A stretch of 64,000 nucleotides of DNA, from NCBI GenBank assembly GCA_031273305.1, contig JAISSC010000225.1, forward strand, positions 322-64,321. Reading direction: 5' to 3'. Every line of letters starts with the position of its first letter. Position 1 is the first letter of the stretch. The notes under the pieces were generated by a model that worked only from the letters and a program-made list of their open reading frames with translations, was not told where the DNA came from and searched no databases. Position numbers and translations under genes: made by a program. Positions 23,140 through 32,522 of this stretch are shown here, piece after piece. Origin of the DNA: Flavobacteriaceae bacterium (GTDB taxonomy: Bacteria; Bacteroidota; Bacteroidia; Flavobacteriales; Weeksellaceae).

Positions 23140-23575
23140 AACTTTCCACCACCTTATATTCCCATTTAGAATTATCAAAATAAAAATAAATATGCTGCAG
23201 TCCATTGGTAATAAGCAAATATTTTGCGCAAATCTCCCTGTTGTATCTCGCAGCTTGTTCAAAAACCTCTTTAGTAAGTTTTATTTCAGGAGCTTTGCAT
23301 TCTATCAGTAAAAAAGGTACAGCCTTCTTTATGATTAAAACATCCAATCGTTGGGTCTGTCGATTGATTTCTACCTTTTTTTCAATCAGAATATTCGAAT
23401 TTGAAATATGATGCAGGCTTTTCAAATATTTAATAATATGTTGCCTCACCCATTCCTCAGGTGTGAGGATTAACCATTTTTTCCTAACTTCGTCAAAAAT
23501 ATACCAAAGAGAATTACTCTCTTTAATTTGAAAGCTATAACGCTCAGGAAAATTTAAAATCGGAAGCTCCACCAT
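23129..23575 (-). CDS. Stand-alone HsdR N-terminal-like (PD-(D/E)xK) protein
   Basis: IFDEVRKKW..LTPEEWVRQ, RLDVLI, IECKAP, QAARYN, TNG; start taken at ATG 23575. Confidence 0.88.
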   Translation of the reverse strand: MVELPILNFPERYSFQIKESNSLWYIFDEVRKKWLILTPEEWVRQHIIKYLKSLHHISNSNILIEKKVEINRQTQRLDVLIIKKAVPFLLIECKAPEIKLTKEVFEQAARYNREICAKYLLITNGLQHIYFYFDNSKWEYKVVESFNF

Positions 23576-23582
23576 ATTGAAT

Positions 23583-24593
23583 ATGAAAGAATATAATAAT
23601 TTGGTCAAAGATATTAAAAACAAAAATTTTTTACCTATTTATTTTTTAGAGGGGGAAGAACCTTTCTATATCGACAAAATAAGCAGATTATTGGAAGAAA
23701 ACGTTTTGACTGAGGAAGAAAAAGCGTTTAACCAGAATATTATCTACGGAAACGAGACAGATGTAGACCAAATCGTTTCTCTGGCTAAACAGTTCCCTAT
23801 GGGGGCTGACAAGCAGTTGATAATAGTAAAAGAAGCAAAAAATCTCGCTTTCGAAAAATCCGAAACCTTTGAAAACTATATAAAAAATCCGCAGCCCTCC
23901 ACCATACTGGCGATTAATTTCAAATACAAGTCTCTGGATAAACGCAAATCCCTGACCAAATTACTGGGAAAACAAGGATATATCTTTTCCGGGGAGAAAC
24001 TTTACGACAATCAGGTTCCGGGTTGGATTGGTTCGCTCTGCCAATCTCTGGGAATAGAGATCGATGAGAAATCAAAAGCCTTGCTGGCTGAATTTTTAGG
24101 AACGGAATTATCCCGCATTGACAATGAAATCCGCAAATTACAGATGATTTTAGGCAGTCCAAAAAAAATAACCCCTGAAATCATTGAGCAAAATATTGGC
24201 ATCAGCAAAGAATACAACAACTTTGAGTTAAGGAAGGCTCTTGTAGAAAAAAACATCACCCAAACATATAAAATTATTGATTACTTTGAGAAAAACCCGA
24301 AAGCCAATCCGATGGTACTTACTTTCGGCACTTTGATTAGTTTATTTACCAATATTCTGATTGTGCACACACTTCCTGTAAAAACTCCCCAAAATATTGC
24401 AAAAGAATTGCGTATCAATCCGTTTTTTGCCAATGAATATCTGACCGGAATCAAAAATTATTCACTAAAAAAAACCACTGCCTGCATTGCTTACCTTCGA
24501 AATGCAGATATGAAATCCAAAGGAGTGAATAGTTCTTCACAGGCTACCACCAAAGACATTTTAATGGAAATGGCATATAAGATCTTACACTAA
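23583..24593 (+). CDS. holA: DNA polymerase III delta subunit
   Basis: PIYFLEGEEPFYID, FNQNIIYG, FPMG, IGISKEYNNFEL. Confidence 0.95.
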   Translation: MKEYNNLVKDIKNKNFLPIYFLEGEEPFYIDKISRLLEENVLTEEEKAFNQNIIYGNETDVDQIVSLAKQFPMGADKQLIIVKEAKNLAFEKSETFENYIKNPQPSTILAINFKYKSLDKRKSLTKLLGKQGYIFSGEKLYDNQVPGWIGSLCQSLGIEIDEKSKALLAEFLGTELSRIDNEIRKLQMILGSPKKITPEIIEQNIGISKEYNNFELRKALVEKNITQTYKIIDYFEKNPKANPMVLTFGTLISLFTNILIVHTLPVKTPQNIAKELRINPFFANEYLTGIKNYSLKKTTACIAYLRNADMKSKGVNSSSQATTKDILMEMAYKILH

Positions 24594-24654
24594 ACTACAC
24601 AATCATGTCCGTAAAATTTTTTAGGTAAATTTATGATTATTCCAAAACTTTTTA

Positions 24655-24662
24655 TACATTTG
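24655..24662 (+). promoter_or_regulatory. -7 promoter box of the his operon
   Basis: TACATTTG matches TAnnTTTG, 22 nt before the leader ATG. Confidence 0.65.
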
Positions 24663-24684
24663 TATCATCAAATAAAAACCAAAG

Positions 24685-24741
24685 ATGAACAAATTACATT
24701 TACATCATCATCATTTAATAGCTTACGTTCAGGTGAGGTAG
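24685..24741 (+). CDS. hisL: his operon leader peptide MNKLHLHHHHLIAYVQVR
   Basis: 5 CAT codons (4 consecutive) in an 18-codon ORF directly upstream of a terminator and hisG. Confidence 0.85.
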   Translation: MNKLHLHHHHLIAYVQVR

Positions 24742-24773
24742 ATGATTGATTTTGTATTTGTACGAAAATAAGC

Positions 24774-24807
24774 AAAAACCGCCTGAATAGTCCGGCGGTT
24801 TTTTTAT
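24774..24807 (+). terminator. his attenuator terminator
   Basis: aaaaaccgcc/ggcggttttttt; its 5' arm (cgcctgaa) can alternatively pair with ttcaggtg at 24728-24735 in the leader. Confidence 0.85.
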
Positions 24808-24846
24808 GCAGGATGTATTCAGGTTTAAAAAGAGAAAAATAGAACT

Positions 24847-25704
24847 ATGAGCAAACTGAAAATTGCCGTTCAAAAAAGCGGACGGTTAAGCGGAAAATCG
24901 TTGGATTTACTCCGCGAGTGTGGAATTAAAATTTCTAATAGCAATCAAAAACTCATGACGGTTTCTTCCAATTTCCCTATTGAAATTTTATTTCTCAGGG
25001 ATGACGACATTCCGCAGTATGTAGAGCAAAACGTCGCAGACATCGGGATTCTGGGAGAAAATGAAGTTTGGGAAAAAAACCGGAAAGTAACGACAGTTCG
25101 AAAGCTGGGTTTCGGAAACTGCCGATTGTCTCTGGCTATTCCCAAAGAGGAAAACTATACCGATTTGACGTATTTCAACCACAAAAAAATAGCCACTACC
25201 TATCCGAATATTTTACGAGATTTTTGCACCAAAAAGCAATTGGAAGTAGAAATTGAGGAAATCGGGGGTAGCGTGGAAATTGCACCTGGGATAGGGCTGG
25301 CGAACTGCATTTTCGACATTGTCAGCACCGGAAGCACCCTGTTGATGAACGGATTGAAAGAAGTGCAAACCGTCGCACAAAGCGAAGCCGTTCTTATTAA
25401 AACACCCGAATTATCCGAAGAAAAACAAGCAATTTTAACCCAATTACTATTCCGTATTCAGGCAGTAATGTATTCCAAAGAAAACAAGTATATCTTGCTC
25501 AATGCGCCTAACAATGCAGTGAAACAGATTATCAGCCTGTTACCCGGAATGAAAAGCCCTACCGTACTTCCTTTGGCGGAAGAAGGCTGGAGCAGTATCC
25601 ATTCCGTGATAAAAGAAGATAAGTTTTGGGAGATTATCGACCAATTACAAGATTTAGGAGCACAAGGAATTTTAATTATTCCGATTGAAAAAATGATTAC
25701 TTAA
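24847..25704 (+). CDS. hisG: ATP phosphoribosyltransferase (long form)
   Basis: IAVQKSGRL, LRDDDIP, GSVEIAP, DIVSTGSTL, PGMKSPTV. Confidence 0.98.
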   Translation: MSKLKIAVQKSGRLSGKSLDLLRECGIKISNSNQKLMTVSSNFPIEILFLRDDDIPQYVEQNVADIGILGENEVWEKNRKVTTVRKLGFGNCRLSLAIPKEENYTDLTYFNHKKIATTYPNILRDFCTKKQLEVEIEEIGGSVEIAPGIGLANCIFDIVSTGSTLLMNGLKEVQTVAQSEAVLIKTPELSEEKQAILTQLLFRIQAVMYSKENKYILLNAPNNAVKQIISLLPGMKSPTVLPLAEEGWSSIHSVIKEDKFWEIIDQLQDLGAQGILIIPIEKMIT

Positions 25705-25814
25705 AAAACAAATGAAAGACTAACACATTAAATCAGACTTTTCAAGGCATATCAGGAAGACCAGCCTGATAATTAATGACCGGTCGAAAATCATCAATCA
25801 AGAATAGAGAAAAT

Positions 25815-27107
25815 ATGAAAGTAACAAAATATCCCGAAAAAGAACTTTGGCAAGAGTTCACCATACGACCTGAAACCCGAAAAATTTCTTTGCAGGAAAC
25901 AGTTCGTGAGATATTTGAGGAAGTAAGAACATCAGGTGATGAAGCACTGAAAAAATACACCTTAAAGTTCGACCACGTAGCACTTTCCGACATAAAAGTA
26001 TCCCAAAAAGAACTTGAAGAAGCAGAGAATCAACTTTCCGAAGGATTAAAAAAAGCGATTCTTCAAGCTAAAAATAATATTGAGAAGTTTCACAGCTCAC
26101 AAAAAGAACAGATTCAAACAGTTGAAACCCAAACCGGAGTGAAATGCTGGCGAGAAGCCCGTGCGATAGAAAAAGTCGGACTGTACATTCCCGGAGGAAC
26201 AGCTCCCTTGTTTTCAACCGTGTTAATGCTCGGTGTTCCCGCAAAAATTGCAGGATGTAAACAAATTGTGCTTTGTACTCCCCCCGATAAAAACGGAAAA
26301 ATTCATCCCGCCATTCTATTCGCTGCACAAACCATCGGAATATCGGAAATCTACAAAGCAGGAGGCATTCAATCCATCGCCGCATTGACTCTGGGAACAG
26401 AAACCATTCCTTCCGTGTACAAGATATTCGGTCCCGGAAATCAATACGTAACCGCTGCCAAGCAATATGCTCAGAATTTTGGCCTTAGCATTGATTTACC
26501 TGCCGGTCCGAGCGAAGTTTTGGTTATAGGAGATGCCCAAGCCCGCCCTGATTTCCTCGCTGCCGATTTGCTGTCTCAGGCAGAACACGGAGTTGACAGT
26601 CAGGTTATTTTCCTCACTACGGACACTATCATTCTGGATAAAACCCTTGCTGCCATAGAAGTACAATTAAAAACCCTGCCGAGAAAGGAGATTGCTGAAA
26701 AAGCATTGGAGAACAGTCGGGCAATTTTGCTTTCCAACATAGACGAATGTATAGAATTTAGCAACTTATATGCCCCTGAACACCTGATTTTAGCGGTGGA
26801 AGATGCGAAGAATCATATTCCGAAGATCGGAAATGCAGGTTCGGTTTTTTTAGGAAATTACAGTTGTGAAAGTGCCGGAGATTATGCCAGCGGTACCAAT
26901 CATACCCTGCCGACTAACGGATATGCTCGTAATTATAGCGGTGTTTCTTTAGACAATTTTATTAAGAAAATAACCTTTCAGGAACTCTCTCAGGAAGGAT
27001 TGAGGAACATAGGAAAAACTATTGAACTCATGGCTGAAGCCGAGCAGTTGCACGCTCATAAAAATGCAGTAACTATCCGGTTGAAACAGGCAGATGGTAA
27101 GATATAA
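25815..27107 (+). CDS. hisD: Histidinol dehydrogenase
   Basis: GLYIPGG, GPGNQYV, PAGPSE, LSQAEHG, GDYASGTNHTLPT; start taken at ATG 25815. Confidence 0.98.
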   Translation: MKVTKYPEKELWQEFTIRPETRKISLQETVREIFEEVRTSGDEALKKYTLKFDHVALSDIKVSQKELEEAENQLSEGLKKAILQAKNNIEKFHSSQKEQIQTVETQTGVKCWREARAIEKVGLYIPGGTAPLFSTVLMLGVPAKIAGCKQIVLCTPPDKNGKIHPAILFAAQTIGISEIYKAGGIQSIAALTLGTETIPSVYKIFGPGNQYVTAAKQYAQNFGLSIDLPAGPSEVLVIGDAQARPDFLAADLLSQAEHGVDSQVIFLTTDTIILDKTLAAIEVQLKTLPRKEIAEKALENSRAILLSNIDECIEFSNLYAPEHLILAVEDAKNHIPKIGNAGSVFLGNYSCESAGDYASGTNHTLPTNGYARNYSGVSLDNFIKKITFQELSQEGLRNIGKTIELMAEAEQLHAHKNAVTIRLKQADGKI

Positions 27108-27135
27108 AATTAATTGTAAAATATTAACTAAAAAC

Positions 27136-28161
27136 ATGAAAAACATACACCAACTTGTACGCCCAAATATCCTTAACTTAAAACCTTATTCCAGTGCAAG
27201 AGGAGAATCGGGAGGAGCAGAAGGTATCTATCTGGATGCCAATGAAAATCCTTTCGGGGAGAATAATCGCTATCCCGACCCTTACCAGAATATCCTGAAA
27301 CAGAAGATAAGTGAACTAAAAGATATTTTGGTTGAGAATATTTTTATCGGGAACGGAAGTGATGAAATTATTGACCACATCTATCGTATATTTTGCAATC
27401 CGACGAAAGATAAAGCAATGATATTTAATCCTACTTTCGGAATGTATCAGGTAGCCGCAGACCTCAACGAAGTAGAGATCATTGATATTCCGCTTACTTC
27501 TGATTTTCAAATCAATATCAAAGAAGCTCAGAAGTATTTCAATGACGAACATCTGAAAGTAGTAGTCATTTGCACTCCTAACAATCCGACCGGAAACGAC
27601 ATACGGCAGCAGGATATTGACTTCATTCTCAATAACTTTAACGGAATTACGGTTATAGACGAAGCCTATATAGATTTCTCCCGACAGGAATCTTACCTAA
27701 ATAAATTGGAACAATACCCTAACCTGATTGTTTTCCAGACGTTGAGCAAAGCATGGGGACTTGCCGGAGCAAGGATAGGAATGGCGTATGCCCATGCAGA
27801 GATAATTCAGTTGTTAAACAAAGTGAAGCATCCTTACAACATTAGTTCCTTAAATCAGAAAGCCGCTTTGGAAGTTCTGAACAGCACGGAGGAATTTGAA
27901 CAAAGGAAAGCAGTAATTTTATCCGAAAAAGAAAAAATACGGCAGGAACTGGAAAGACTTCCTTTCGTAATCCAAATCTATCCTTCAGATGCGAACTTTT
28001 TTCTAGTTGAATTTTCCGATGTAGATAAAATATTTACAAAACTATTAAAACAGGGAATTATCGTACGTAATCAATCAGCAAGAATTAAAAATAGCCTGAG
28101 GATAACCATAGGAACTCCTGAAGAGAATCAAAAATTACTTCAAATACTGAAAAAATTATGA
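27136..28161 (+). CDS. hisC: Histidinol-phosphate aminotransferase
   Basis: [43 protein letters not shown]. Confidence 0.97.
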   Translation: MKNIHQLVRPNILNLKPYSSARGESGGAEGIYLDANENPFGENNRYPDPYQNILKQKISELKDILVENIFIGNGSDEIIDHIYRIFCNPTKDKAMIFNPTFGMYQVAADLNEVEIIDIPLTSDFQINIKEAQKYFNDEHLKVVVICTPNNPTGNDIRQQDIDFILNNFNGITVIDEAYIDFSRQESYLNKLEQYPNLIVFQTLSKAWGLAGARIGMAYAHAEIIQLLNKVKHPYNISSLNQKAALEVLNSTEEFEQRKAVILSEKEKIRQELERLPFVIQIYPSDANFFLVEFSDVDKIFTKLLKQGIIVRNQSARIKNSLRITIGTPEENQKLLQILKKL

Positions 28162-29252
28162 AAAAAGTACTTTTTATAGACAGAGACGGAACGCTGGTGA
28201 TAGAACCGCCGACAGATTATCAGCTGGATAGTCTGGATAAACTCGAATTTTATCCGGGAGTATTCCAAAATCTGTCGAGAATTTCCCTCGAACTGGACTA
28301 TGAACTGGTTATGGTAAGCAATCAGGATGGGTTGGGAACCGATTCTTTTCCCGAAGATACCTTTTGGCCTGCACAAGATAAAATCATACAAGCCTTTAAA
28401 AATGAGGGCGTTGTATTCTCCGAAATCCTTATCGACCGAAGTTTCGAGCATGAAGATCTTCCAACACGAAAACCCGGAATCGGTATGTTAACTCATTACA
28501 TCAAAGCGAATTATGACCTGCCAAATTCCTATGTGATTGGAGACAGGCTTACCGATGTTCAACTAGCAAAAAATCTGGGCAGTAGATCCATTTACTTAGG
28601 TACGGAAAAAAACAGCGGTGCGGACTTGGTTACACAAAACTGGGCGGAAATATACAGGTTTCTTAAACAGCAACCACGTAAAGCAAAAATTATCCGCAAT
28701 ACCAAAGAAACCCAAATCTCTGTGGAAATCAACTTGGACGGTTCAGGAAAAAGCTCTGTGCATACGGGAATAGGTTTTTTTGACCACATGTTGGATCAGA
28801 TTGCCCGACATGGAAATATAGACCTGTTCATTACTGTGAACGGAGATTTGCAGGTGGATGAACATCATACGGTAGAAGACACCGGAATTGCGTTAGGAGA
28901 AGCCGTTTTACAGGCACTGGGGAGTAAAAAAGGAATCGAGCGATACGGTTTTTTGCTTCCTATGGATGATTGTCTGGCGCAAGTAGGAATTGACTTCGGC
29001 GGAAGACCCTGGATTGTTTGGAACACGGAATTTAAACGAGAGAAAGTCGGAGAGCTTCCTACTGAGATGTTTTTTCATTTTTTTAAGTCATTCAGTGACA
29101 ATGCCAAATGCAATCTCAACATCAAAGCCGAAGGAGAGAATGAACACCATAAAATAGAAGCAATTTTCAAGGCTTTTGCCAAAGCCGTGAAGATGGCAGT
29201 AAAACAAACCGATGGCAATTTTGCCATCCCCAGCACCAAAGGAAGTCTTTAA
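28158..29252 (+). CDS. hisB: Bifunctional histidinol-phosphatase / imidazoleglycerol-phosphate dehydratase
   Basis: [11 protein letters not shown] domain plus [21 protein letters not shown]. Confidence 0.97.
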   Translation: MKKVLFIDRDGTLVIEPPTDYQLDSLDKLEFYPGVFQNLSRISLELDYELVMVSNQDGLGTDSFPEDTFWPAQDKIIQAFKNEGVVFSEILIDRSFEHEDLPTRKPGIGMLTHYIKANYDLPNSYVIGDRLTDVQLAKNLGSRSIYLGTEKNSGADLVTQNWAEIYRFLKQQPRKAKIIRNTKETQISVEINLDGSGKSSVHTGIGFFDHMLDQIARHGNIDLFITVNGDLQVDEHHTVEDTGIALGEAVLQALGSKKGIERYGFLLPMDDCLAQVGIDFGGRPWIVWNTEFKREKVGELPTEMFFHFFKSFSDNAKCNLNIKAEGENEHHKIEAIFKAFAKAVKMAVKQTDGNFAIPSTKGSL

Positions 29253-29290
29253 GGAAAATTATAAAACATAAGAATTATAAATCCACAAAT

Positions 29291-29869
29291 ATGATTGCAG
29301 TTATAAAATACAACGCAGGAAACATAAAATCGGTGCAGAATGCTCTGGCTCGATTGCAGGTGGAATCAATGGTTACCGATGATGAAGACCTGATTAGAAA
29401 GTCGGATAAAGTAATTTTTCCGGGAGTAGGAGAAGCAGGAACCGCTATGCAATATCTTCGGGAACGAGGTTTGGATACACTGATTAAATCCCTGACACAG
29501 CCATTTTTGGGAATTTGTCTGGGGCAGCAGTTGATGTGCAGTCACTCCGAAGAAGGAAATACCGAATGCCTTAATATCTTTAAGGCTAAAGTTAGAAAAT
29601 TTCCGAATACGGGAATCGTTCCCCACATGGGCTGGAATAACATTTACGACTTAAAAGGAGAAATTTTCAAAAATAACAGGGAAAACGACGATGTATATTT
29701 TGTACACAGCTACTACGTGGACTTGTGTGAAGAAACCACAGCAAAGTGCGATTATATTCTGCCGTTTAGCGCAGCCCTGCAAAAAGATAATTTTTATGCC
29801 GTACAGTTTCACCCCGAAAAATCTGCGGATGTGGGGGAAAATATTTTACGGAGTTTTTTGGAAAGGTAA
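29291..29869 (+). CDS. hisH: Imidazole glycerol phosphate synthase glutaminase subunit
   Basis: FPGVG, LGICLG, PHMGWN, YFVHSY, QFHPEKS. Confidence 0.98.
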   Translation: MIAVIKYNAGNIKSVQNALARLQVESMVTDDEDLIRKSDKVIFPGVGEAGTAMQYLRERGLDTLIKSLTQPFLGICLGQQLMCSHSEEGNTECLNIFKAKVRKFPNTGIVPHMGWNNIYDLKGEIFKNNRENDDVYFVHSYYVDLCEETTAKCDYILPFSAALQKDNFYAVQFHPEKSADVGENILRSFLER

Positions 29870-29883
29870 AATGGAAATAATAA

Positions 29884-29891
29884 TACCTTTG
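29884..29891 (+). promoter_or_regulatory. Internal -7 promoter box preceding the PIN-GNAT gene
   Basis: TACCTTTG, 9 nt before ATG 29901. Confidence 0.5.
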
Positions 29892-29900
29892 TAATTAAAT

Positions 29901-31403
29901 ATGAAAGCATTACTCGACACAAATATTATCATTCACCGAGAAGCCTCAAAGGTTATCAATCAAGATATAGGTATTTTATATCGTTGGTTGGAACGGGCTA
30001 AATATACAAAATGCATTCACTCTCTATCGATTGCCGAAATTGAGAAATATCACAATCAGCAGACTGTTGACACTTTTCATATCAAATTGGATAGTTACGA
30101 ACAGATTGAAATTCCGTCACCTTTACAGTCGGAAGTTAAAGCCGTTTCTGACAAGATAGATGTTAATCAAAATGATAAGAACGACTCTTTACTTTTGAAT
30201 GAAGTTTTTGTCGGGCGGGTTGATATTCTAATTACCGAAGACAAGAAAATTCACAAAAAAGCTGCAGAATTAGGAATTGAAGACAAGATTTTTACGATAG
30301 ATTCCTTTCTGGAAAAGACTTTTGCCGAACACCCGGAATTGGTTAATTACAGAGTTCTAAATGTTCAAAAGTTGAAATTCGGACGAATAAATCTTGAAGA
30401 CGACTTTTTCGACAGCCTCAAAGAAGATTATGCCGGTTTCGATAAATGGTTTATAAAAAAATACGATGAAGAGGCCTACATTACCGTAAACTCAAACAAT
30501 GGACTTTTGTTGTCATTCCTGTATTTAAAAGTTGAAGAAAAAGACGAAAATTACACTGATATCACTCCTTTATTTTCAAAGAAGAGACGATTAAAAATTG
30601 GCACGTTCAAAGTTATCAACAACGGATTTAGACTTGGCGAACGTTTCATGAAAATCATTTTTGATAATGCACTCAAAAATAATGTGGAAGAAATTTATGT
30701 GACAATCTTTGATAAAAGGGAAGAACAGCAAAGATTGATTGGCTTGCTCGAACAATGGGGATTTATTTATTGGGGCAATAAAGGAGAAGAATTAGTTTAT
30801 ATAAGGGATTTTAGTCATAAAACCGATGAAACGCAATTAAAACAATACTATCCATTCATTTCACGCAATAAAGATTGTTTCATTGTTCCCATTTATCCCG
30901 ATTATCACACGGAACTATTGCCTGATTCGATTTTAAATACTGAGTCGCCAGAAGAGTTTATCGAAGATTTTCCTCATAGAAATGGTATAAATAAAGTATA
31001 TGTTTCACGAGCATTAGAGCCTCACCCCAAGAAAGGAGATATTTTAGTATTTTATAGGACTGGTGGATATTACAAAAGTGTTATTTCTACAATTGGTATA
31101 GTTCAAGAAATTCGATACAATTTTAGTGATGAAGAAGATTTTGTACATTATTGTAGAAAAAGCAGTGTATTCCCCGAAAAGCAACTTCGAGAAATGTGGA
31201 GATATTCCTTAAATAAACCATTTGTAATAAGATTTTTGTATATCTATTCGTTCCCAAACAGAATAAATATGAAAGAATTGATTGATTTACAAGTGCTAAA
31301 TGGCATAAATGATGCACCTCGAGGATTCAGAAAAATAACAACAGAACAATTTAATAAGATATTAAAAGCAACAAAAAGTGATGAAAGTTTTATTGTCGAT
31401 TAA
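29901..31403 (+). CDS. PIN nuclease - GNAT acetyltransferase - EVE/PUA-like fusion protein
   Basis: N-term LLDTNII...NDKND...LITED (PIN acidic residues); middle FLYLKVE...LKIGTFKV.NNGFRLGERF...IYVT...LEQWGF (GNAT); C-term FIVPI.P.YH..L.PD...INKVYVS...KGDILVFYRT...ISTIGIV (EVE/PUA-like). Confidence 0.8.
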   Translation: MKALLDTNIIIHREASKVINQDIGILYRWLERAKYTKCIHSLSIAEIEKYHNQQTVDTFHIKLDSYEQIEIPSPLQSEVKAVSDKIDVNQNDKNDSLLLNEVFVGRVDILITEDKKIHKKAAELGIEDKIFTIDSFLEKTFAEHPELVNYRVLNVQKLKFGRINLEDDFFDSLKEDYAGFDKWFIKKYDEEAYITVNSNNGLLLSFLYLKVEEKDENYTDITPLFSKKRRLKIGTFKVINNGFRLGERFMKIIFDNALKNNVEEIYVTIFDKREEQQRLIGLLEQWGFIYWGNKGEELVYIRDFSHKTDETQLKQYYPFISRNKDCFIVPIYPDYHTELLPDSILNTESPEEFIEDFPHRNGINKVYVSRALEPHPKKGDILVFYRTGGYYKSVISTIGIVQEIRYNFSDEEDFVHYCRKSSVFPEKQLREMWRYSLNKPFVIRFLYIYSFPNRINMKELIDLQVLNGINDAPRGFRKITTEQFNKILKATKSDESFIVD

Positions 31404-31749
31404 ACCCGAATTTGCGTTTAAAATTTTTGACGGGACAAAAAAATATGAATTTCGCAAAAGTATATTTAAGCGCAAAGACGTTACGAAAGTGATCGTTTAT
31501 GCCTCTTCTCCTGTTCAACGTGTAATAGGGGAGTTTGAAATCAAAACCATTTTAAATAATGATACTGAAACTGTTTGGGACATTACCAAACGTTTTTCCG
31601 GAATTACCAAACAATTCTATGATGAATATTTCGCCAATAAAGATGAAGCCTACGCTATTCAGGTTGGTAGAGTAACAAAATATGATACTCCGAAACTTTT
31701 ATCTGACTATAATTTAGATTTTGCCCCACAATCATTTGTCTATCTATGA
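31381..31749 (+). CDS. ASCH-domain protein
   Basis: LLSIKPEFA.KIFDGTKKYEFRK (GxKxxExR), YASSPV.RVIGEF, APQSFVY; overlaps the upstream gene by about 23 nt. Confidence 0.88.
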   Translation: MKVLLSIKPEFAFKIFDGTKKYEFRKSIFKRKDVTKVIVYASSPVQRVIGEFEIKTILNNDTETVWDITKRFSGITKQFYDEYFANKDEAYAIQVGRVTKYDTPKLLSDYNLDFAPQSFVYL

Positions 31750-32519
31750 AAAAAATTATTCTTATTTCGTTGATTTCAAATTTTGTTTTAGCTCAAACCA
31801 AACATGATTTAGAAGGGTTATGGATAATTGATGAAATCATTGGGTTATATACGGTTGATGAATATAATTTATCAAAAGTTAGCGAACAAGATGCTTCAAA
31901 AGGATGGGTATATGGAAAAAGTATAACATTTAGCGATGGCACATTTAATTCCCATTATTCTGCTGAGTGTGGTAATGATTGCTTCCCTTCTTCTAAAGGA
32001 ACTTTTAAAATGGTAAACAATACTCATATCCAATTAAAATTAAAACTTGTGGAGATAAGAGGTGGCTGCCCACATTCAAGAGACTCAAATCACCGTGATC
32101 TGGGTATTTTCCTTATAAAAAAACTGGAAAACGGTTATCGACTCATTCGTTCTTCAAGTACAGAATCAGATATACAACAAGAAAAATACTCTGAAATTTT
32201 AAATAATTTACCACAGATAAGTGGTGGTGGCTCCGGATTAAATTGGATTGAGTTAGACTACCTAACACGCGAAAAAGAAGATTCAGAAATTCTAAAGATC
32301 GGATTAAAAAATATTCCTAATTTCGATCCTCAAAAGGCACAATTAGTTTACACTAAATATTTACACTATGACAATAAAGGTTTTGTCTTTAAATACGAAA
32401 ATAAAATACTGGTTGCTATTTATGCTGTTGGAGCTTCCGTATTTGCCTTATATGATAAAGAAGAATTTTGTTTAAATACGAAAGATGTCGAAAAATTAAT
32501 TCTAAGTTCAAAATTATAA
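31746..32519 (+). CDS. Secreted hypothetical protein
   Basis: Signal peptide MKKIILISLISNFVLA-Q, GLW motif, CGNDC; ATGA overlap with the ASCH gene. Confidence 0.75.
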   Translation: MKKIILISLISNFVLAQTKHDLEGLWIIDEIIGLYTVDEYNLSKVSEQDASKGWVYGKSITFSDGTFNSHYSAECGNDCFPSSKGTFKMVNNTHIQLKLKLVEIRGGCPHSRDSNHRDLGIFLIKKLENGYRLIRSSSTESDIQQEKYSEILNNLPQISGGGSGLNWIELDYLTREKEDSEILKIGLKNIPNFDPQKAQLVYTKYLHYDNKGFVFKYENKILVAIYAVGASVFALYDKEEFCLNTKDVEKLILSSKL

Positions 32520-32522
32520 AAC

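Noticed and set aside
23129-23575. Type I restriction-modification system
   Set aside because: Only a short HsdR_N-like domain; no helicase, hsdM or hsdS nearby
25705-25814. Possible gene relics in the his spacers (here and 33240-33354)
   Set aside because: Spacers are longer than expected and may be scars of lost cargo, but no translatable family signature could be recognised
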